From: a virus
Lineage: Duplodnaviria; Caudoviricetes
Virus record (IMG/VR): IMGVR_UViG_3300021256_000099
Location: 4,236 to 68,235 of that record
Direction: 5' to 3' (one strand)
Length of the DNA stretch: 64,000 nucleotides
Part shown: piece after piece, positions 36,022 through 45,013 of the stretch
Layout: every line of letters begins with the position of its first letter
Position numbering within the stretch: position 1 is the first letter of the stretch
Notes under the pieces: generated by a model
The model's input: only the letters and a program-made list of their open reading frames with translations
Database searches by the model: none
What the model was told of the DNA's origin: nothing
Translations under genes and position numbers: made by a program

Positions 36022-36182
36022 CGGGGAAGTTTGTCGATTCCGTATTCTTTGAGTTTCTCCCGGAGTTCCTTCAGCGTTCTTCCATGCTCACCAGTGCACT
36101 TGCCGTCATAGAAGAAGTTGGCGAAGTATCCGCCGTACATTGATGCTCCCCAATCTAATAACTGGATTTCTTTATCCTGCAT
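35997..36182 (-). CDS. Hypothetical early protein
   Basis: AAAGGAG RBS downstream of the promoter at 36225-36253. Confidence 0.55.
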   Translation of the reverse strand: MQDKEIQLLDWGASMYGGYFANFFYDGKCTGEHGRTLKELREKLKEYGIDKLPRWQRRDNI

Positions 36183-36224
36183 GCTGCTCTCCTTTCTAAA
36201 TGCTGTGTACTTCTATTTGAGTAT

Positions 36225-36253
36225 ATTTTACTACTTCCAGACACATTTGTCAA
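36225..36253 (-). promoter_or_regulatory. sigmaA-type early promoter
   Basis: TTGACA-17 nt-TAAAAT on the minus strand. Confidence 0.8.
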
Positions 36254-36294
36254 CACAAAATGTATGGTAATACAGGTCTGGTTTGGAAATTCTT

Positions 36295-36366
36295 GCTGTC
36301 AGGATGCTTCGGATGTTCCTGATGCCGTTTTACATCCCCTGTCCGGGGATGCCGTCAACCGTCAGC
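36295..36366 (-). ncRNA. Twister ribozyme, type P5 (copy A)
   Basis: GA-CGG / P1 hairpin / UAA / P2 / GC / P4 loop AUCCGAAGC; T1 CGG:CCG, T2 GC:GC. Confidence 0.85.
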
Positions 36367-36649
36367 CAAACCGCTTTTTGTAGTCAAGAAACATTTTTCG
36401 CATCTGCTTTGTGTGGATGTCGGTAATTTTCTCGACCTGAGCCATGTAAGCGATGATGTCCATATCTCCGTACTCATATACGACTCTGATGTCCTCTGAC
36501 ATCGTCCTGAAGTTATCCGCCATCCTGTTACTCCATCCGTACAGGCTGATCTTTCCACTCAGTAGCTGCCTGTAGGCTCTGCCGGAATCTTCCTGATAGT
36601 CTGCGATGATGGTTTTGATTTTTTTCTCAGTTAGCTTGGTAGTAAACAT
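36362..36649 (-). CDS. Hypothetical early protein
   Basis: GGAG RBS; stop codon lies in ribozyme stem P5. Confidence 0.65.
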   Translation of the reverse strand: MFTTKLTEKKIKTIIADYQEDSGRAYRQLLSGKISLYGWSNRMADNFRTMSEDIRVVYEYGDMDIIAYMAQVEKITDIHTKQMRKMFLDYKKRFG

Positions 36650-36671
36650 CTTAAATCTCCTCTCTGTAGTT

Positions 36672-36908
36672 TCAAAATTCTTCTTCTGTGAAGAATTCAG
36701 AAAAGATTTCGTCCAGTACAGGTCTTACTGCCTTCCTGCGAATCGCCGTCTCTTCTGGTGTATCACCGTCCATGTAATCGCCATCCATGATTGACTCGTA
36801 GACAGCCTCCTTAAACTCATCTGTCGTATCATAGTCAGCCGGGGAAATGTAGTAATCCACATTATCGCCCATGAATTCCAAGATGCGGTCTCTGATTGCC
36901 TCGTACAT
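36672..36908 (-). CDS. Acidic hypothetical early protein
   Basis: AAAGGAG RBS. Confidence 0.65.
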   Translation of the reverse strand: MYEAIRDRILEFMGDNVDYYISPADYDTTDEFKEAVYESIMDGDYMDGDTPEETAIRRKAVRPVLDEIFSEFFTEEEF

Positions 36909-36956
36909 GCTCGTCTCCTTTCAAAATTTTTACCTCTGGTTTCGGAATTCTTACTT

Positions 36957-37028
36957 ACCGCCTGTTACTTTGGATACACAGGGTGTAGCTTTACATCCCC
37001 ACATCAGGGGATGCCATCAGCTTTCGGT
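36957..37028 (-). ncRNA. Twister ribozyme, type P5 (copy B)
   Basis: GA-UGG / CAUCCCC..GGGGAUG / UAA / AGCU / AC / loop AUCCAAAGU. Confidence 0.85.
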
Positions 37029-37249
37029 TAGGCCAGTTTTGCGATGATTTCGTCAATCTGGCGTTTATCCATGTCGGCTTTTGCAACATCATACCAGTCG
37101 TTGAGCTGCATGATGTCCTCTGTCGCAACACATCCATCATGCCCAAACAGAGCCTCAAACCTTCTGCGGTATTCCTGATTTAAGTCCTGCTTTTCTCTTT
37201 CGTGCTTTTCACGGATCTTCCTCATCCTTTCAATCCTTGTCGTATCCAT
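37028..37249 (-). CDS. Hypothetical early protein
   Basis: AAAGGAG RBS. Confidence 0.65.
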   Translation of the reverse strand: MDTTRIERMRKIREKHEREKQDLNQEYRRRFEALFGHDGCVATEDIMQLNDWYDVAKADMDKRQIDEIIAKLA

Positions 37250-37262
37250 CCTGATTCTCCTT

Positions 37263-37538
37263 TCAAAAAATTTCCTTGCGTTCTTCGTCCATCAGGAACC
37301 TGTAGCAATCGTCAATGCTGTTGGGCATGGCCGTGTAAAAGTCTACACGAGTCTCATACTTGTCTTCGAGCCGGGTAATTGCCTCTTCAGAGACCTCTTT
37401 CATCGTCTCTGGGTAGATGTCGATTTGAAACTCTGTGACACGCAGACGGAGCCTGTTATCTCCGATGTAGCGGGTGTATCGCCAGATAGTGAATGCTTCC
37501 CCTTTGTAGTTGCCGAACGCTTCTCTTTCCATTTCCAT
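37263..37538 (-). CDS. Hypothetical early protein
   Basis: AAAGGAG RBS. Confidence 0.65.
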   Translation of the reverse strand: MEMEREAFGNYKGEAFTIWRYTRYIGDNRLRLRVTEFQIDIYPETMKEVSEEAITRLEDKYETRVDFYTAMPNSIDDCYRFLMDEERKEIF

Positions 37539-37560
37539 GGTCTTTTTCTCCTTTCTGTTT

Positions 37561-37631
37561 GGTTGCCCGGTGCTTTGGATGTCCGGGGTGCAACTTTACA
37601 GCCCTGGACGGGCTGCCATCAGTTTTCAACC
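37561..37631 (-). ncRNA. Twister ribozyme, type P5 (copy C)
   Basis: GA-UGG / CAGCCC..GGGCUG / UAA / AGUU:AACU P2 / GC / loop AUCCAAAGC. Confidence 0.85.
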
Positions 37632-37872
37632 GTGTAGACGGCTTTGACACCGTTGTCGTGAGTAATCACAATCGTCTGGGTCCCGTCATAGTTCGGAATC
37701 CTCTTGATGCTCCTGATATAGGTGCATCTGTTAATCTTCTTATCGATGAGGCATTTAGCCAAATCTTTGTAGATGTATTCAGCATCTGTTGTACGAAAAG
37801 GGACTGCCCATTTTCCATCCTGCGTCTTTACCATTGTGTACATTTCAAGTTCCCGATTTACTGTAAGATTCA
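37619..37872 (-). CDS. Conserved gut-phage hypothetical protein
   Basis: Probable start MNLTVNRE after AAAGGAG; stop is the UGA in the ribozyme core. Confidence 0.65.
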
Positions 37873-37908
37873 TTTCGGATCTCCTTTCGTTTGGATATTT
37901 TTGATTGA

Positions 37909-37977
37909 GCTGCCCGCTACTTTGGATGCACGGGAGTAGCTTTACGTGGGATTGCTCCCACGCCATCAGCTTTCAGC
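37909..37977 (-). ncRNA. Twister ribozyme, type P5 (copy D)
   Basis: GA-UGG / CGUGGG..CCCACG / UAA / AGCU / AC / loop AUCCAAAGU. Confidence 0.85.
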
Positions 37978-38499
37978 ATCTCTTGCCCGGTCGATGAGAC
38001 CTTGGACTAAGTGGAATACCATGCTTCCTTGTGTCCGATTGGTGTACTCCTCAAACTCGTGGGAGAGGATGTATTCCTCTTTAAATCCAAGTACGAATTC
38101 CCCTTCGAAAAATCTTTCAAGGATGTTGCTACGCCTTATGACATCAGCTACGCATTCGCGAGTAATCAGGCAGAAGAAGTCTTCTGTGAAACCGTTCGGA
38201 TCTAACGCATCGAACTCGTAGGGGAGTTTCAGTTTTCTTACGGCACTGGTAAAGGGAAGCAAATCGTGAGCGTTCGACATCATGAATCGGTCGCAATCAT
38301 TCGTGTCGAACTCGTAGCAATAAGCGTACCCGGTGTTGAGCCAGTTGCGGAAGTTCTCCTGCATATCGACCTCTACACCGTTAAGGAACTCCTCTTTGTT
38401 CCTGAATGTGAGTCCCATATCTCTTGCATTGGTGAAAGATTCGTGGATTCCTTCGATAAAGAGTTCTTCGAAGATGCCATAGTGATTAAAGTTTTTCAT
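37966..38499 (-). CDS. Acidic hypothetical early protein
   Basis: GAGGAG RBS; stop is the UGA in the ribozyme core. Confidence 0.65.
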   Translation of the reverse strand: MKNFNHYGIFEELFIEGIHESFTNARDMGLTFRNKEEFLNGVEVDMQENFRNWLNTGYAYCYEFDTNDCDRFMMSNAHDLLPFTSAVRKLKLPYEFDALDPNGFTEDFFCLITRECVADVIRRSNILERFFEGEFVLGFKEEYILSHEFEEYTNRTQGSMVFHLVQGLIDRARDAES

Positions 38500-38529
38500 G
38501 TTTTTTCTCCTCTCATTTTGGAATTTTTA

Positions 38530-38601
38530 AGCTGCCTACCACTTTGAATGCGTAGGGCGTTGCTTTACATCCCCTGACGGGGATGTCATCAGCTATCAGC
38601 C
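38530..38601 (-). ncRNA. Twister ribozyme, type P5 (copy E)
   Basis: GA-UGA pairs with loop AUUCAAAGU (compensatory T1 change); P1 CAUCCCC..GGGGAUG. Confidence 0.85.
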
Positions 38602-38603
38602 TG

Positions 38604-39104
38604 TTACATCGTGACATCACCAGTGACGATGTTGTAGATGAGGCCTGTCTCGCCCAGAAATGTTGTGTCGAGCTTTCCATAGTGGATGTCTACGTCATAG
38701 AGTGCGACCCATCCTAACCTGTCGTCGTCATCGTAGTCGTTGTACGCCTCGGAAAGAGTGCCGTCATCTACACAGAGGCATTTACGATGGCAGTTGGCGA
38801 TTTTGTCGCTGTAGGGAACGAAATCCTCTGTATCCTCATCTGTGCACTCTGCCTCGATAAAGACGTATTCCTCTATTTTTCTGTGGCCGAAAGCTTTTTC
38901 GTACCGCTCGTCCCCGACATCAACGGAGAAACCGCCGAACTTTTTACGGAGTTCAGCAACGACTGCCGGAAAAACGACGTTTTCGATGTGCTCGTAAGCC
39001 TCAAACATTGCGTCGTCAAAGTCGATTCCCTTTTCACTGGCATAGTCGATGATGTCATCAACCTTGTACATAACCTTCTTAATATCCATTTCTTTTCTCC
39101 TCAT
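38604..39104 (-). CDS. Acidic hypothetical protein, first gene of the early operon
   Basis: Probable start MDIKKV after GAGGAG. Confidence 0.65.
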   Translation of the reverse strand: MRRKEMDIKKVMYKVDDIIDYASEKGIDFDDAMFEAYEHIENVVFPAVVAELRKKFGGFSVDVGDERYEKAFGHRKIEEYVFIEAECTDEDTEDFVPYSDKIANCHRKCLCVDDGTLSEAYNDYDDDDRLGWVALYDVDIHYGKLDTTFLGETGLIYNIVTGDVTM

Positions 39105-39193
39105 TTTTGTGTCTTACCTGTCTGCCAGTCCCCGGCGGAGCGTGTACCCACGCTAGAGGTGGCTTTAAATAAGATATATTTTTCCTTTTCTAT

Positions 39194-39222
39194 ATTCTAC
39201 TACTACGTGATACATTTTGCAA
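39194..39222 (-). promoter_or_regulatory. sigmaA-type promoter of the early operon
   Basis: TTGCAA-17 nt-TAGAAT; spacer AATGT...GTAG shared with the promoter at 36225. Confidence 0.7.
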
Positions 39223-39828
39223 TACTTTTTGCATCCGTAATTGTAAAATGTTTATTAAATTGAGTACAAGTCTGGCTTGAAAATTTTTGCGTATATGGGT
39301 CTGGTTTCGGAATTTTTACATGCCTCTGGTTTCGGAATTTTTGCGTATACATATAACCCCCGGCGGATCTCCTCTGGTGTCGAGCTGCTACCCTATCCAT
39401 GTATGGTTTGATGGGTGGGAGAGGATAGGATAGCCATATTTCTCCGTATTAGCCTTGTATAGGCGTTTTTACAACTTTATAGTATATGGTATCACCCAAC
39501 AATAAGTCTTGCGTATGGGCATTTTAAGCGATTTTTTAGCAAAACAGAGTACATGTATAAACGCTGTCGCTTCCCTTCCAAACATCGGTAAACGTTTCTC
39601 ACGGCAAAGTTTAGTTGCGTACGGTAGCACTTTACTCATGGGAGTTTCTTCTTATTGTAAGGTTTCCCGGCTCAAATGGTAGCGGGTAGCGTTGCCGATA
39701 TCGCCACCGCTTTTTGCCCTGTCTGCATCACCTCTATATATAAGCCTCTTTTGCGTGTACACACGCCCCCACCTATAAGCCTCTTTTACGCATGTACGTG
39801 TACGGACACCAGAGCGGATCTATCCGCC

Positions 39829-39918
39829 CTGCCGGGTCTGCCGGGTCTGCCGGGTCTGCCGGGTCTGCCGGGTCTGCCGGGTCTGCCGGGTCTGCCGGGT
39901 CTGCCGGGTCTGCCGGGT
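39829..39918. repeat. Perfect tandem repeat, 10 x CTGCCGGGT
   Basis: Read directly from the sequence. Confidence 0.95.
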
Positions 39919-40943
39919 CCCGGGGACACATTGTACCGTTTACGTCCAGTGTGCATGTTATATAACAGATAGAACAACTGGCTCAAAAATAAGATCAGCC
40001 AAAACTGTTATACGTGGTATATAACACGCATATCAAGGCCTGGACCTAAAGTTAATTGTTTCAATTGTGCATAAAATATATACAATAGGCACAATAATAA
40101 CAGGACGCAAATTAATCAAATTGTGTATAAAAAATATACAACTCAAACAATTCTTGAATGTGGCCGCCGCCGCCAAATTGTCAGACAATAAACAAAATAA
40201 ACAGAAAATTAGCACTTCACATTTTAGAGTGCTAATTTACAGAAAATAATGTGAATTGTCAGATAAATTGTTTCGTGCTCTAACGCAATACAAATTAACA
40301 GACAATACGGATAATTATCAGATAATAGGAAACGGATCTATTTTTATAGTTTGTTGTGTCTAACATATGTGGGACAAAATTAGTACATTTCTACCGCCAG
40401 GGAATTTGTTCGAATTATCAGAAAACTATACACAATTTATACGGATCGCATTTTTGTTTAAAAGTATGTCATACTGCCGATTTTTATGCATTTTAACCCT
40501 GTCTTTTTGCATAAAAACTGTATAAAACATGAAAACATGTATAAAACATGTATAAAGTGCCGAAAAGAAGACGGAAAAATGAATAATCTGACAATATAGC
40601 GAATTGTATAGCTCCAACAGAAATCAAGGCTTTTATGACATGGGCGGGGGGATATACCACAAACGCAAAAAGTCGCTTAAATCGCCAAATAAACGATTTT
40701 ATGGATATATCGAAAAGATGATATAAAATAATCAAAATACGGTACATTATAATTGTACAAATAGGAACGAATACTATATTATGGCTGCCGATACAAAAAA
40801 AGATATAAAATGAATCTAGCAATATTTGGCTATACAATGTACTAATATAGTGATACAATAGTATTAGATACATATATAAGTTTTGTATCTGTTAGGTGAT
40901 ACTAACGGATGCGATACAATTTTATGGAAAGGTGGATTATAAA

Positions 40944-41810
40944 ATGAATAAGGCAACAGTTACGAGAAAACAGAATATTGCAACTAAGTTGGCGAATGCA
41001 ATCAACAGCGGGAACTATAAAGAAATCCCGAACATTGTTAATAAGGCAACCTTATTTGCTATCATTGACGCGCTCAAGTCAGACGCTGTTGACGGCGATA
41101 TGAACGCGATTCCAATTCTTTTTGACATGGCATTAACAATTAGAAAGAACATCGGCCGCCCTTTTACCATGTCAGAATGTAAAGAATATTATGGTTTGAG
41201 TTTTACACTTAACCATAATGGCAAAATGTCTGGGATGGTAAGTATTAGCACTGATAACAAGTTGAATCCTTACTGTTGTGCTTACAAGTGCAATCCTGAT
41301 AACATCTGTTATAACTGTTTTGCCGATGGACAGTTAGACAGGCAACCTTCACAAGAAATCCCATATATTTACAACACGCTCCTGTTGACACATTATATTA
41401 TCCCTGTAGAGTTATTGCCAATTATCAATAATCTGTATTTTAGGTTTGAATCGTTTGGGGATCTGATTAACAGTGTACAGTTTACAAACTATTGTAACAT
41501 CTGTTTAGCTAATCCGATGGTACACTTTTCGGATTATACTAAAAACCTTTTTATCATTGATAATACATTTCGCAGTGGCGTCAAAAAACCCGGCAATCTT
41601 AAAATCGTAGCAAGTAGCATTAAAAAGAACATTGTGCGACAGTTAACAGAATATCAAAAGACATATGTTAATCATGTCTTTACTGTTTACACTGTTGAGT
41701 ATCTTAAATCCCATGATATAAAGATTAACTGCGGTGCCCGGCACTGTTTGAGCTGCTTAAACTGCTATATTGATGATACAGATTTTTATATCAATGAAAT
41801 TGAAAAGTAA
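40944..41810 (+). CDS. Gp88-like Cys-rich phage protein
   Basis: HNGKM.G..SIST...N.YC, ICYNCFA, FRFESFGDL, YTKN, NCGARHCLSCLNCY; low GC. Confidence 0.55.
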   Translation: MNKATVTRKQNIATKLANAINSGNYKEIPNIVNKATLFAIIDALKSDAVDGDMNAIPILFDMALTIRKNIGRPFTMSECKEYYGLSFTLNHNGKMSGMVSISTDNKLNPYCCAYKCNPDNICYNCFADGQLDRQPSQEIPYIYNTLLLTHYIIPVELLPIINNLYFRFESFGDLINSVQFTNYCNICLANPMVHFSDYTKNLFIIDNTFRSGVKKPGNLKIVASSIKKNIVRQLTEYQKTYVNHVFTVYTVEYLKSHDIKINCGARHCLSCLNCYIDDTDFYINEIEK

Positions 41811-41821
41811 ATCAGGGAAAC

Positions 41822-41860
41822 AAAAACCCGGCGGTGGATCTGTCGCCGGGTTCATTTTTT
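41822..41860 (+). terminator. Intrinsic terminator
   Basis: AACCCGGCGG/TCGCCGGGTT hairpin then TTTTTT. Confidence 0.75.
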
Positions 41861-42253
41861 GTGAAGTGATTGTACGCAATTGAATTGCGCACAATCAAAA
41901 AACATGATCATGAAAAAGTGCACAAAAGAGCGACCTTGAATTTGTATAAATTGCTGGACACGAAAATGACGGCCACATAGCAAAGTGCACAAAAATCAGA
42001 CCCTCAATTTGGTGAAAATTGGTCATACAAATTTTGAGTCCAGGCCCTGATATGTATGGGCAAAACAACCAAAACAGGGGCGGCAAAATTGTGCAAGTTG
42101 CCGGACACATTTACTTTTCGGATCTCTCAAAAGTCGCTAGTATATGTATATGTACATATAGCGAACATATAGTAAATGTTAGTTGACACCTGTGGTACAA
42201 TTAGAGTAGGAAAGAAGACGATTGAAGAGGCTTTTTGAGTCATTGAAACATGC

Positions 42254-42850
42254 ATGGATATCGACAGTAACACAATCGAAAGCGCAATAAAAGCATATTA
42301 CAGAGACCGCTATAGTATAGAGGACGACAGTGCACTATATGAGTATATAGAAAACAGTAAACAATCAATCTTTAATGCATCATTAACCTATGCCAATACA
42401 TTCATTGGCTTAAATGCTAAACTGAAAAACAAGTTTGACGGCATTAACGCATACACCATAAACTCATACAATTATGATAAATGTATGAGTATTGCATATG
42501 TGTATATCAATCTATGTGATAAATATAGTAAAGTATCTAATGTGCACGGTTATAGCAAGTTAACAGGGATTGAGTCGCATACTCTAAATGAATGGGCAAA
42601 TGATAGAAAGGTAAGTAACAGCTACAAACAAATAATAAAAATTATATCATGTAGTAATGAAAGCATGTTATCCGATTTGTTGTTAGAATCACGCAACAAC
42701 ATAGGCGTTATAGCTGTACTTAACCATAACTATAACTGGGCAAATAGTACAGTGATACATGAACATCGATTGACAATGAATAGTGACAAACAAGCATTAC
42801 AAACGAAATATAGCCAATATCTAACTGACAATACAGACAATAAAGACTGA
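42254..42850 (+). CDS. Putative terminase small subunit
   Basis: Position near terL; GYSKLTGI...LNEW HTH-like segment, NIGVIAVLNHNYNW ending; low GC. Confidence 0.45.
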   Translation: MDIDSNTIESAIKAYYRDRYSIEDDSALYEYIENSKQSIFNASLTYANTFIGLNAKLKNKFDGINAYTINSYNYDKCMSIAYVYINLCDKYSKVSNVHGYSKLTGIESHTLNEWANDRKVSNSYKQIIKIISCSNESMLSDLLLESRNNIGVIAVLNHNYNWANSTVIHEHRLTMNSDKQALQTKYSQYLTDNTDNKD

Positions 42851-43248
42851 TTTGTATGGTATTATTCATAATATCAGACAGCGTAAACCATTATGCAGAC
42901 AGTACTTGCCCTCTAAACATCGATGCTTTTATGTTTGGTTGAATGTTGTAGTATGGTATACCCCTATGGTATGGACTCAAAAAAACCGCCAATAACCCCT
43001 TTAAATACCGACAAAAACAAAAGGCTCTAAATACACTCAAAGACAAAGGGCTATATAACAACGACAAAGGGCATAAACATAGACAAGATTGAAGTATCTC
43101 ACCTGATGGATCAGTCTATGAAGGTCACTTGTCTGCTAAGTCAAAGATGATATATATGGCCGTCTATTCTCAAAAATCGCCAAAAATAAAAAAGGCCATC
43201 CTTGAAGGACAGCCAATAACTGGACGCTGCATGATTGAAGAACAGAGG

Positions 43249-43455
43249 TTACTCGTCTGAAGGATCATCGTCTAAATCTTTGATGACGAACGAGCAGTTC
43301 ATGAATTCCAGAACCTGTACGAACTCCTCAACCGTCCAAGTATCTCTGGTCAACTTGTTTCTCCACGTTTGATGCTTGATACCAAGTCTATCTGCAAGAT
43401 ACTGACCTTTATAACCTTTAGCCTTCATGATCTGCTTGATGACTTCAGATCCCAT
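43249..43455 (-). CDS. Small XRE-like HTH protein
   Basis: IKQIMKAKGYKGQYLADRLGIKHQTWRNKL; divergent from the recombinase. Confidence 0.7.
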   Translation of the reverse strand: MGSEVIKQIMKAKGYKGQYLADRLGIKHQTWRNKLTRDTWTVEEFVQVLEFMNCSFVIKDLDDDPSDE

Positions 43456-43531
43456 ATTTGATATCTCCTTTACTGATGCCTGATTGATGTATCGATAATA
43501 TAATAAACCATCAATAAACCTTTTGCAAACA

Positions 43532-43560
43532 TTGAAAATGTATCAAAAATATGGTACAAT
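43532..43560 (+). promoter_or_regulatory. sigmaA-type promoter of the serine recombinase
   Basis: TTGAAA-17 nt-TACAAT with extended TG. Confidence 0.7.
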
Positions 43561-43598
43561 ATCCTCATAAGAGGTTGTGTTTGTGAAAGGAGTTTGAC

Positions 43599-44393
43599 AT
43601 GGCATATTACGCATATTACCGGGTATCCACCCAGTCTCAGGTTGAAGCTAACGGCACTCAGATGCAGATTGATGTCATCAGGAAGTACTGCACTGATAAC
43701 GGCATTGAGATAGCTGCTGAATACTCGGATGAAGGTATATCCGGGGCAATAGATGATGTTGATGAGGATGCTATCCATAAGCGCAAAGGTTTGATGTCTC
43801 TTCTGGCTGTTCTGAAGGATGGTGACTCGATTATCGTCCAGAACACTTCAAGGCTCTGGAGATCAGACACTGCAAAGGTCATCGTTCGCCGTGAAATCAA
43901 GAAGGCTCATGCCAACATCAAGTCTGTCGAGCAACCGACATATGATATCTACAAGAAGAATCCCAATGACTTTCTCTTCAATGCCATCATGGAAATCTTT
44001 GATGAGTATGATAAGCTGACTATCGCAATGAAGTTGGCGAAAGGCAGAGATGCTAAAGCGAGGAAGGGAGAAAAGTCCTGTGGAAATACCCCGCTCGGCT
44101 ACAGGTGGACGGTCGATGCCAAGATTGAGATTGACTACAACAATCACCTGATCGTCAAACAGATATTTGACAAGTACATCGAGACTGGCTCGTATGCTGC
44201 TGTACAGAGGTTCTGTGATGCTAATAATATCAAGACCAGAAAAGGCAACAGCTTTACCAGACAAGGGATAAAAGACATCATCACCAATGACTTCTATATC
44301 GGGATCGTCACACATGCCGGGGAGAAGGTCAAAGGTGACCATCCTGTATTTATCGATGAAGAGACTTTCATGAAGGCGAACCATAAAAAGTAA
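43599..44393 (+). CDS. Serine recombinase (resolvase domain plus recombinase domain)
   Basis: YAYYRVSTQSQ, DEGISG, RKGL..LL, SRLWR, GNTPLGY, ITNDFYIG. Confidence 0.9.
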   Translation: MAYYAYYRVSTQSQVEANGTQMQIDVIRKYCTDNGIEIAAEYSDEGISGAIDDVDEDAIHKRKGLMSLLAVLKDGDSIIVQNTSRLWRSDTAKVIVRREIKKAHANIKSVEQPTYDIYKKNPNDFLFNAIMEIFDEYDKLTIAMKLAKGRDAKARKGEKSCGNTPLGYRWTVDAKIEIDYNNHLIVKQIFDKYIETGSYAAVQRFCDANNIKTRKGNSFTRQGIKDIITNDFYIGIVTHAGEKVKGDHPVFIDEETFMKANHKK

Positions 44394-44407
44394 ATAGATA
44401 ATCAATC

Positions 44408-44445
44408 AAAGGCACTGGGTATGTTGTCCCGGTGTCTTTTTTGTT
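44408..44445 (+). terminator. Intrinsic terminator
   Basis: AAAGGCACTGGG/CCCGGTGTCTTT hairpin then T run. Confidence 0.7.
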
Positions 44446-44535
44446 TGCTAAAAAATATCGGGAACTGTCTGTTCCAAAAATCAGGCAAGCAGCACTTGAT
44501 GTGGTATAGTTTGACCATCGAGAAGGGAAAGCCCA

Positions 44536-44766
44536 ATGAGTGTTGATAACGTAAACCATCCGTCTCACTACGAGACCGGGAAATTTGAGTGCATCGATGT
44601 TATGGTCGAGACACAGGGTGTAGAGGCTGTCAAAGGCTTCTGTATCGGAAATGCCTTCAAGTATATTTACCGCCATAACAACAAGAATGGTCTGGAAGAT
44701 GTCAAAAAGGCAAGATGGTATCTCGACAAGTACATTGAACTCAGTGGAGAAGAGAATGGGAAGTAA
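44536..44766 (+). CDS. DUF3310-family protein
   Basis: DNVNHPSHY..GKFECID...GNAFKYIYR..KNGLEDVKKARWYL. Confidence 0.85.
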   Translation: MSVDNVNHPSHYETGKFECIDVMVETQGVEAVKGFCIGNAFKYIYRHNNKNGLEDVKKARWYLDKYIELSGEENGK

Positions 44767-45013
44767 AGACAATCTGGAACTAAAGGATAAAATGGAAATC
44801 CTGTCTTCCATAGACTTCGATGAGTTAGATCCTATGGAACAGTTACTGGTCGTGTTAGCCTTAACAAAGTTTCTTAGTGCAATCGATCCGATACTTGTCA
44901 AGTACAAGAATAAGGCCAAGAAAGCACCAGAGCCTACGGATGATCCAGTCACTCGGATGATTATCGAAGGTCTGAAAAAGGCTTTAGAGGAGACCAATGG
45001 CGAAGATAACTAA
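44756..45013 (+). CDS. Hypothetical protein
   Basis: ATG 44756, coupled. Confidence 0.55.
   Translation: MGSKDNLELKDKMEILSSIDFDELDPMEQLLVVLALTKFLSAIDPILVKYKNKAKKAPEPTDDPVTRMIIEGLKKALEETNGEDN

Noticed and set aside
36295-38601. Hammerhead ribozyme or CRISPR/terminator reading of the five repeats (CUGAUG resembles the hammerhead core)
   Set aside because: Hammerhead needs CUGANGA and GAAA; these have UAAA and show twister T1/T2 covariation. Spacing is gene-sized, not spacer-sized.
39105-39175. HDV-like/theta ribozyme (CAC-CUCUAGC-GUG resembles P3/L3)
   Set aside because: I could not find a convincing P1, P1.1 or P2. A covariance-model search would settle it.
39676-39986. Collagen-like (LPG)10 or (GRP)n ORFs across the tandem repeat
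   Set aside because: No RBS, flanks are not protein-like, and both strands are open only because the 9-mer has no stop codon.
43599-44393. IS607 transposon
   Set aside because: There is no N-terminal MerR-like HTH and no adjacent tnpB; the C-terminal recombinase domain fits a phage serine recombinase.
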